From positions 1 to 33,253 of the IMG/VR virus record IMGVR_UViG_3300045988_050695: a stretch of DNA of 33,253 bases; one strand, 5' to 3'. The position numbers and the translations under genes were made by a program. Positions within the stretch are counted from its first letter, which is position 1; each line of letters opens with the position of its first letter. The notes beneath the pieces were generated by a model. That model had not been told where the DNA came from and did no database searches. It worked only from the letters and a program-made list of their open reading frames with translations. Positions 1 through 6,039 of this stretch are shown here, one piece after another. The stretch is from a virus.

Positions 1-1
1 C

Positions 2-79
2 GGTACAGCAGACGGTACATCGCACGGTACAGCAGACGGTACATCGCACGGTACAGCAGACGGTACATCGCACGGTACA
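2..79. repeat. 24-bp perfect tandem repeat GGTACAGCAGACGGTACATCGCAC, 3.25 copies; same array as 33175..33253
   Basis: Direct reading: units at 2-25, 26-49, 50-73, partial 74-79. Each unit is two 12-bp halves starting with GGTACA. In frame it encodes GTADGTSH. Confidence 0.95.
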
Positions 80-391
80 CAAAAAAAGAATGATAAGAAT
101 GATAAAGAATGTAAAAGAATGATAAAGAATGTATTTACACCACCTACGGTGGACGAGGTTCAAGCCTACTGCATCGAAAGAGCTAACGGGATTGACCCGT
201 ATGAGTTTGTGAATTTTTACCAAGCTAAAGGCTGGATGATTGGCAAGAACAAGATGAAAGACTGGCGTGCAGCCGTGAGGACATGGGAGCGTAGCCAGAA
301 ACGAACCAACAGCAGGACGGCTAGTGAACTTAGCGGATTCTACCAGATGGCAGCCGAATGGGCACAGGAGGACGGCAATGACAAAATCTGA
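2..391 (+). CDS. Replisome organizer / DnaD-like replication initiator, C-terminal part (gene interrupted by window boundary; N-terminal part is 32785..33253)
   Basis: Frame 2 is open from base 2 and runs into listed ORF 119..391: (GTADGTSH)x3-GTQKKNDKNDKECKRMIKNVFTPPTVDEVQAYCIERANGIDPYEFVNFYQAKGWMIGKNKMKDWRAAVRTWE. This block matches the conserved phage C-terminus (TIGR02220 type) as I remember it. The same GTADGTSH repeat ends the open frame at the 3' window edge. Confidence 0.8.
   Translation, partial: GTADGTSHGTADGTSHGTADGTSHGTQKKNDKNDKECKRMIKNVFTPPTVDEVQAYCIERANGIDPYEFVNFYQAKGWMIGKNKMKDWRAAVRTWERSQKRTNSRTASELSGFYQMAAEWAQEDGNDKI
86..133. repeat. A-rich block with five helically phased GAATG cores (AAGAATGWWA-like units)
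   Basis: GAATG occurs at 88, 97, 107, 117 and 127 (spacing 9, 10, 10, 10 bp), directly after an A7 run that follows the 24-bp array. Confidence 0.85.
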
Positions 392-917
392 ATTTATGAA
401 ATTGGCGAGCGCGATAAAAACATACTTCCCACGTTTTGAAACGCTACCAAACGCAGAGGCGCTTGAACTATGGTTCAATGAACTAAAAGACTTGCCTTAT
501 CAGATAGCGGTTACGGCGCTGCGAAAATACGTAAACACTCCGGGCAACAGGTTCCCGCCCACGATAGCGGATTTCCGCGTGATGGCCGCGCAGATGATAG
601 ATAACGACCTAGTGCCGGATTGGGCTGCCGGATGGGCGCAAGTGACAAGGGCGATCGGCACATATGGAATGTGGAACCCCGACGCGGCGATCGAGAGCAT
701 GGACGCGATCACTAATGAATGTGTTAAGCGGTTGGGTTGGAAGGAATTGTGCATGAGCGAGAACCCGACAGCTGACAGAGCGAATTTCCGCATGATCTAC
801 GAGCAAGTGCAAAGAAAAAAGGTTGAGACCGCCGCGTTGCCAGCGGGGCTAAAAAAGGACATGCTACAGCGGGGCGAAAAAACGAAATTGATAGGAGGAC
901 AAGATGAAGCTATTTAA
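378..917 (+). CDS. Putative helicase loader/inhibitor, SPP1 G39P-like
   Basis: ATG 378 is preceded by AGGAGG (366-371) and overlaps the upstream stop. MTKSEFMKLASAIKTYFPRFETLPNAEALELWFNELKDLPYQIAVTALRKYVNTPGNRFPPTIADF resembles the G39P N-terminal domain pattern (from memory). Its position right after the organizer fits. Confidence 0.5.
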   Translation: MTKSEFMKLASAIKTYFPRFETLPNAEALELWFNELKDLPYQIAVTALRKYVNTPGNRFPPTIADFRVMAAQMIDNDLVPDWAAGWAQVTRAIGTYGMWNPDAAIESMDAITNECVKRLGWKELCMSENPTADRANFRMIYEQVQRKKVETAALPAGLKKDMLQRGEKTKLIGGQDEAI

Positions 918-1531
918 AGGGTTCGACAGAAAACTGAGATGCCGCGGTTTTCAGTATGAGATCGGCGAAGAATACGAGGAAGACCGCGCTGAATTGTGCA
1001 AGGCAGGATTCCATGCCTGCGAAAATCCGATTGACGTATTCGGTTATTACCCGCCGTCGCATCAAAATAGGTGCCGAAATAGGTATCAAGGGCATTGTTG
1101 ATGCGTTCATCAAATTTACAATGGAGAGAATTGACTTCGCTGCCGGACAGGTAAACACCGGCGATCAGTCAGCAGCCACAAACACCGGTTATCGATCAGC
1201 AGCCACAAACACCGGCGATTATTCGGCAGCCACAAACACCGGCGATTATTCGGCAGCCACAAACACCGGCAATCAGTCGGCAGCCACAAACACCGGCGAT
1301 TATTCGGCAGCTGAGGTAAAGGGAGCCGAATCAATTGCTATTGCAACCGGGATAGAGAGTAAGGCCGCTGGAGCATTAGGATGCTACATAGTCTTAGCAG
1401 AATGGGAGATCGCCGAGGATTCAACGCGGCACATTAAGGCCGTTAGAAGTCACAAGGTGGATGGAGAAGTCATTAAGCCGGGCGTTTTTTATAAATTGAA
1501 AAACGGCAAATTCGTAAAAGCGGAGGAGTAA
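904..1531 (+). pseudogene. DUF7666-like phage protein with 9-aa tandem repeats, split over two frames (904..1101 and about 1050..1531)
   Basis: N-terminus MKLFKGFDRKLRCRGFQYEIGEEYEEDRAELCKAGFHACENPIDVFGYYPP is the family signature as I recall it. The expected continuation IKIGAEIGIKGIVDAFIKF plus (NTGDYSAAT)n is in the +1 frame, starting right after YYPP. Confidence 0.5.
1154..1312. repeat. 27-bp tandem repeat, about 5.9 copies (encodes NTG[DNY][QRY]SAAT)
   Basis: AACACCGG unit starts at 1154, 1181, 1208, 1235, 1262 and 1289. It generates shadow ORFs on both strands (for example 1116..1334 -). Confidence 0.9.
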
Positions 1532-1534
1532 ATC

Positions 1535-1915
1535 ATGAATAGAGTCATTATCATTGGCAGAGTAGCCCGAGAAATAAAACTGGCATACACGCCGAATCAG
1601 ATCGCAGTTGCCGCGTTCCCGGTGGCCGTTGATAGAGTTTCAAAGGCCGGAGAGGAGAAAAAGGCGGATTTTCCGCAAGTAAAAGTTTTCGGCAAGCAGG
1701 CGGAGAACTGCGAGAGGTACAGCGGCAAGGGTTGCCGGATAGCCATAGAGGGCAGAATCCAGACAGGAAGTTATACCAACAAAGACGGGGCGACCGTCTA
1801 CACAACTGAGGTAATCGCCGAGAGAGTGCAGTTTATAGATTTTGCGAACAGCAGAAAAGATGAGCCTGTGCAAGAAGGATTCGCCGCCATAGACGAGGAG
1901 ATTCCATTCTGGTGA
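1535..1915 (+). CDS. ssb: Single-stranded DNA-binding protein
   Basis: MNRVIIIGRVAREIKLAYTPNQIAVAAFPVAVDR...VKVFGKQAENCERYSGKGCRIAIEGRIQTGSYTNKDGATVYTTEVIAERVQF is a typical OB-fold SSB. It ends in the acidic tail AAIDEEIPFW. GGAGG lies upstream. Confidence 0.9.
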   Translation: MNRVIIIGRVAREIKLAYTPNQIAVAAFPVAVDRVSKAGEEKKADFPQVKVFGKQAENCERYSGKGCRIAIEGRIQTGSYTNKDGATVYTTEVIAERVQFIDFANSRKDEPVQEGFAAIDEEIPFW

Positions 1916-1930
1916 AAAAGGACACAAAAT

Positions 1931-2482
1931 GTGCAACACGGGTTTAAGCACAACATCCCATTGGTCTTTTGTAAAAATTATTCGCCGCAGGTCTTAAAGG
2001 CGAACATGCGAATCTGCGGAGCCACTGAGCACGCGCTCATTCTTTACCGGGATAAGTTGCCAAAGTTCAGGAATGACGGAAAAATGATATTTAATTGGTT
2101 CGAGTGGAAAAGAGACGGAAAAGATATTCCGAAGATCCACCCTGCACAGAAGCCAGTAAATCTTTTAAAACGGCTCATTGAGATCTTCACGGATCCCGGC
2201 GATGTAGTGATAGACCCGTGCGCCGGTAGCGGTTCGACGCTAAGAGCAGCCGCAGAGTTAGGCCGTGATGCATATGGTTTTGAATGTTCAAAAGAAATTT
2301 ATGTGAAAGCACAAAAAATGATGCTAAACAGTGAACAGATTGGAGCGTTTGAATGGGAAAGAGAGAAAGAGAAAAAGGCAAGCGCGGAGAGCGGGAACTC
2401 GCCCGCCTGCTACGAGGGTACGGCTACGATGCCCGGCGAGGGCAACAATACTGCGGAGCAGCTGGAGATGCCGATGTGGTAG
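1931..2482 (+). CDS. N6/N4 DNA methyltransferase fragment (C-terminal two thirds only; DPPY catalytic motif absent)
   Basis: It contains IHPAQKPVNLLKRLIEIFTDPGDVVIDPCAGSGSTLRAAAELGRDAYGFE, the HP.QKP and D-P-x-x-G-S-G-S/T AdoMet motifs of the beta-class N6_N4_Mtase family. No D/N-PP-Y/F motif is present. The ORF begins (GTG) only 16 nt after ssb. Its tail overlaps the next gene by 130 nt. Confidence 0.65.
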   Translation: MQHGFKHNIPLVFCKNYSPQVLKANMRICGATEHALILYRDKLPKFRNDGKMIFNWFEWKRDGKDIPKIHPAQKPVNLLKRLIEIFTDPGDVVIDPCAGSGSTLRAAAELGRDAYGFECSKEIYVKAQKMMLNSEQIGAFEWEREKEKKASAESGNSPACYEGTATMPGEGNNTAEQLEMPMW

Positions 2483-2709
2483 GTCTGCCCGGTATACATA
2501 TCGAGGTCAAGCGAACAGAGAAGCTAAGCCTGTATGATGCACTAGCACAAGCCATAGCAGACGCCCGGCCCGGAGAAATGCCGATTGTGGCTCATCGCCG
2601 GAATAACTGCGATTGGGTGATAATACAGCCGTTAGACGACTGGATAAAAATATATCGGGAATGTATTGCGGCAAACAAGGAGATAGACGATGAAAAAGAT
2701 ATATTTTAA
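2353..2709 (+). CDS. PDDEXK-family nuclease, Hjc-like Holliday-junction resolvase (putative)
   Basis: KGKRGERELARLLRGYGYDARRGQQYCGAAGDADVVGLPGIHIEVKRTEKLSLYDAL...MPIVAHRR has the G.R.EREL / D-x(n)-E-V-K pattern of small phage resolvase-like nucleases. GGAG lies 7 nt upstream of the ATG. Confidence 0.6.
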   Translation: MGKREREKGKRGERELARLLRGYGYDARRGQQYCGAAGDADVVGLPGIHIEVKRTEKLSLYDALAQAIADARPGEMPIVAHRRNNCDWVIIQPLDDWIKIYRECIAANKEIDDEKDIF

Positions 2710-2950
2710 CAAACCAAAAGAAATGAGCTGCCTATTGTCACATTTCCACGGCGTGGCAGTAGATAGCCGAAAGGCCCCGAATGTTACATATCTGGCCAAA
2801 AATCGAAAATGTGGGATAGTCACAGTGGACGGAGTGGCGATCTGGCCGGAAGAAGAAACGCCGTCAATCATTGAGACGCTGACGGCAGGCATAAAAGCAG
2901 AGGCTAAAGAAGTATTTGACGAGATAAGAGACTGGAGGCGGTTCAGATGA
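2690..2950 (+). CDS. Hypothetical protein, paralogue A1 of 4052..4309
   Basis: It shares HF-G-AVDS, TYL, WP-EE, EA-EVF and R-W-R blocks in the same order with the 85-aa ORF at 4052..4309. Both are about 85 aa. Confidence 0.7.
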   Translation: MKKIYFNKPKEMSCLLSHFHGVAVDSRKAPNVTYLAKNRKCGIVTVDGVAIWPEEETPSIIETLTAGIKAEAKEVFDEIRDWRRFR

Positions 2951-3123
2951 AAAACTGGGAGAAATACGAAGAAGAGATCAAAAAGATAGGCGTTGGAAAT
3001 ATGGCCATAGATAAAAACGGTAAGACTGGCCACTGCGTAGCGATGGCTTGCAGAAAATGTATAGGCTATAAGAACGGCTGCGACAGAACAATAACTGAGT
3101 GGTTATACCAGGAGGCAGAATGA
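2947..3123 (+). CDS. Small Cys-rich protein (58 aa), paralogue B1 of the N-terminus of 5590..6039; below the ORF-track cutoff
   Basis: ATGA overlaps at both ends (2947 and 3120). MKNWEKYEEEIKKIGVGNMAIDKNGKTGHCVAMACRKCIGYKNGCDRTITEWLYQEAE aligns with MTNFEKYKDEILEII..IAVD..K...SCNEMRCSQCIRY......FFKWLYEEAKE, with a shared C-x4-C-x2-C. Confidence 0.7.
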   Translation: MKNWEKYEEEIKKIGVGNMAIDKNGKTGHCVAMACRKCIGYKNGCDRTITEWLYQEAE

Positions 3124-3377
3124 AACGAAACTCTGCGAACGATCTAAAAGACACCATGTGGACATTCCTGATGGACTACGGACAGGAAGCGGACATACAG
3201 TCGCTGAAAGAATATGTCTATGACTTGATTGGAATGACCACACAAAAGACCGCCGGCCAGCGGAAAACGAAAAAGGATATAAACTGGGTTGAATTAGAAC
3301 CAACATTGATGGCGATCGTGATCGAGGCAACCTGTTTAGTACTATCCGGCCGGCTGGATGAACTGGAGGAGAAATGA
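3120..3377 (+). CDS. Hypothetical protein
   Basis: ORF in the operon frame. ATG 3120 overlaps the upstream stop (ATGA) with GGAGG upstream. I recognise no motif. Confidence 0.6.
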   Translation: MKRNSANDLKDTMWTFLMDYGQEADIQSLKEYVYDLIGMTTQKTAGQRKTKKDINWVELEPTLMAIVIEATCLVLSGRLDELEEK

Positions 3378-3910
3378 GATTTCACTTATTCTTTGAACAA
3401 TCAGGCACATTTAAGAACGAATTAAGGAAGCTGGGCCATGAAGCAATAGACTATGACATCTTAAACGATTTTGGGCAGACTGATGTAGTCATAGACATAT
3501 TTTCAGAAATCGAGAAATCCTATGCGGGGTGGGGTAGCATTTTCGACAATATAGCCGAAGATGACATGATAATAGCGTTCTTCCCCTGCGTTCGATTTGA
3601 AGCCCGAATAATAATGAATATGAAAGGAGTTCATTATGGCAGTGAAAAGTGGAGTGATTTGAAAAAAATCGAATACAGCATGAGACTGCATAGCGAGTTG
3701 GCGCACATGTACCAATTGATATCAAAACTGGTCATCGTGTGCATAAGAAAGAAAATAGCCTTGGTAATAGAAAACCCATACAGTAGTCAGCACTACCTCA
3801 CACGGTACTGGCCGCTAAAGCCGGCAATCATAGATCACGACCGCCGGCGTGACGATGACGGTACTGATTGGGTCTGGGAAGACATTGAGGAAGGTGGAAA
3901 AGATGAATAG
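3374..3910 (+). CDS. Hypothetical protein with faint C5-methyltransferase-like core motifs
   Basis: LFFEQSGTF (motif I-like), IIAFFPCVRF (PC motif-like) and LVIENPYS (ENV-like) occur in the canonical order. There is no recognisable TRD or motifs IX/X. The acidic C-terminus is atypical. Confidence 0.6.
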   Translation: MRFHLFFEQSGTFKNELRKLGHEAIDYDILNDFGQTDVVIDIFSEIEKSYAGWGSIFDNIAEDDMIIAFFPCVRFEARIIMNMKGVHYGSEKWSDLKKIEYSMRLHSELAHMYQLISKLVIVCIRKKIALVIENPYSSQHYLTRYWPLKPAIIDHDRRRDDDGTDWVWEDIEEGGKDE

Positions 3911-4055
3911 AGTGTATAGAGGATGGTTTATCAGCAAAGATCCGATAATTAAAGGCCAGATGAAAGCTGTAAAAGGAAGAGAATCCATAATCGGAACAAT
4001 TGAAGAGATTGTAAAAGAAATAGATCAAAGAGCTGTTAAGGAGACGAAAAAATGA
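3903..4055 (+). CDS. Small hypothetical protein (50 aa)
   Basis: ATG 3903 follows GAAGGTGGA. It overlaps the upstream stop and ends in an ATGA overlap with the next gene. Confidence 0.5.
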   Translation: MNRVYRGWFISKDPIIKGQMKAVKGRESIIGTIEEIVKEIDQRAVKETKK

Positions 4056-4309
4056 AGAGATACGCTTTAAAGATGTATCCGGCAACGAAGCTTGTCCATT
4101 TTGACGGCTACGCGGTAGACAGCGAGATAGTAACAGGCCTTACCTACCTGTCAGATGGGCAGAATCATGGTCTGTTAAGAGCAAAGGAAGCCATGACATG
4201 GCCGAAAGAAGAAGATAACCAGGTGATCGGTCGAATGGTGCCGGAAGTAAGGAGAGAAGCCGCCGAGGTCTTCGAGATGGCGAGGAGGTGGGAGCGATGC
4301 GGAATTTAA
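4052..4309 (+). CDS. Hypothetical protein, paralogue A2 of 2690..2950
   Basis: See 2690..2950. It sits immediately upstream of the C5-methyltransferase gene. Confidence 0.7.
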   Translation: MKRYALKMYPATKLVHFDGYAVDSEIVTGLTYLSDGQNHGLLRAKEAMTWPKEEDNQVIGRMVPEVRREAAEVFEMARRWERCGI

Positions 4310-4340
4310 GCACGTTCCCACGAAAGACAAGGAACAAAAA

Positions 4341-5552
4341 ATGAAGTTTTTAGATTTTTTGCAGGAATCGGCGGGTTTAGGCTGGGCATGGAAATGGCAG
4401 GCCATGAATGTGTAGGTCATTGCGAAATTGATAAATTCGCCGATAAAAGTTACAGAGCAATGCACAAGATAAAGGAGAGTGAATGGTTTGCAAGTGACAT
4501 TACAAGAATTAAACCCGGAGAGCTTCCAGAAGCTGACTGTTACTGCTTCGGATTTCCATGCCAGGCTTTCAGCATTGCTGGAAACCGACGAGGCTTTGAA
4601 GATACTCGCGGGACTCTGTTTTTTGAAGTCATGCGGTTGGCTAAAGAGCGAAAGCCTCGTTTACTTTTCGCCGAAAATGTTAAAGGACTTCTTAACCACG
4701 AGGGGGGGGCAGACGTTCGGAATCATCATCAACGCCATGGATGAATTGGGGTACGATGTCGAATGGCAGGTGCTTAACAGCGCAGATTTCGGAGTCCCCC
4801 AAAACAGGGAGAGGGTGTTTATTATCGGACATCTTAGAGGATCAAGTGGACGAAAAATATTTCCCATCAGAGACAGCGACCGCACATCTGCTGGGTTTTC
4901 GCGACAAACAGCAAATACCATTACCACGCGAACCGGAGAATCGCAAGGGGTCGGAACGTATGTTGCTGAAAGTGAACAGCCGGCACAGATTAAACAGATT
5001 ATCGGCGGAAGCCAGGGACGAAGAGTCTACGATCCAGAAGGATTAAGCGTTACGCTGAGCAGTCAAGACGGCGGTTATGGAGATAGAACGGGACTATATG
5101 CCGTCCCGGTGTTAACGCCGGACAGGATAAATAAACGACAGAACGGCAGGAGATTTAAAGAAAACGGCGAGCCTATGTTTACGCTTACAGGGCAGGATAG
5201 GCACGGAGTAATGATCAAAGAAGCAACGGCAAAAGGATATGCCGAAGCAAATGAAGGCGATTCGATAGATTTTGCTAATCCGGGCAGTACAACCCGCAGA
5301 GGCAGAGTGAAAAAAGGAGTTGCAAGCACACTTGATACGAGATGTCAGCAGGACGTTTTGACCGGATATAAAATCCGCAAACTGACACCTCGCGAATGCT
5401 TCCGCTTACAAGGCTTTCCGGATGACTACTTTGACCGAGCTGCCACAGTTAACAGCGATAGCCAGCTGTATAAGCAGGCAGGAAATAGTGTAACTGTAAA
5501 TGTTGTTTATGAAATAGCGAAGAGGCTAAAAACAAAAAAACTGGACCTTTAA
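4341..5552 (+). pseudogene. dcm: DNA (cytosine-5) methyltransferase, interrupted by two compensating homopolymer frameshifts (T6 at 4355-4360, G8 at 4702-4709)
   Basis: All motifs are present but spread over three frame segments. These are MKFLDF / FAGIGGFRLGMEMAGHECVGHCEID (I), GFPCQAFSIAG (IV), ENVKGLL (VI), QNRERVFIIG (VIII), RKLTPRECFRLQGFPDDY (IX) and QAGNSVTVNV (X). The ATG with an RBS is at 4341. Confidence 0.85.
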
Positions 5553-5589
5553 AAAGTTAAAAACTAAAACAGTAGGATAGGAGGAGAAA

Positions 5590-6039
5590 ATGACAAATTT
5601 TGAAAAATACAAAGATGAAATACTGGAAATCATAGAATATAACACTATCGCAGTTGATACCAAAAAAAACAAGCCTCAAAGCTGTAATGAGATGCGTTGT
5701 TCACAATGCATACGATATAGCGACGATGGGCATTGCAGATTTCTGAATTTCTTCAAATGGCTCTATGAAGAAGCAAAAGAGTCGCTTCCTGCCCTAACCT
5801 TAAAAGAGCGAGGATTTTGTGAGATTATCGAAAATGGATTCATAGCGCGAGACCAAAATGGTAGCCTCTGGCTGTTTGATATGATGCCGGCAAAGGAAGA
5901 TGATTACAACATTACCTGGTGGAACAGTGCAAATGGCAGATATAAACGGTTGGATGGTAGGGCGTTCACGTTTATCACTTGGGAATCAGACAAGGCGTGG
6001 AGTATAGAAGAACTGCTACAGTTGGAGGTAGAGGGATGA
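5590..6039 (+). CDS. Hypothetical protein; N-terminal Cys-rich domain paralogous to 2947..3123 (B2)
   Basis: AGGAGG lies upstream. The N-terminal 60 aa align with the 58-aa ORF. The C-terminal domain (FIARDQNGSLWLFDMMP...FITWESDKAWSIEELL) has no function known to me. Confidence 0.75.
   Translation: MTNFEKYKDEILEIIEYNTIAVDTKKNKPQSCNEMRCSQCIRYSDDGHCRFLNFFKWLYEEAKESLPALTLKERGFCEIIENGFIARDQNGSLWLFDMMPAKEDDYNITWWNSANGRYKRLDGRAFTFITWESDKAWSIEELLQLEVEG

Noticed and set aside
2-79. Perfect 24-bp repeats at both window ends looked at first like a CRISPR array or terminal inverted repeats
   Set aside because: The units are directly adjacent with no spacers and are direct rather than inverted. They lie in frame inside a replication-initiator ORF, and there are no cas genes. 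I interpret them as a coding tandem repeat, candidate iterons and an assembly overlap.
1116-1334. 72-aa minus-strand ORF with RRCLWLP repeats
   Set aside because: It is a shadow of the 27-bp repeat array inside the DUF7666-like gene.
3849-3875. Heptapeptide DGTDWVW shared between the tail of ORF 3374..3910 and the Tal protein (about 23610-23630)
   Set aside because: The flanking residues and the nucleotide sequence differ, and the match is too short to indicate homology or recombination. It is probably coincidence.
4388-5552. Listed ORFs 4388..4744 and 4479..5552 as two independent genes
   Set aside because: Their translations are consecutive parts of one C5-methyltransferase motif series, joined at a G8 run. 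I treat them as one frameshifted gene.
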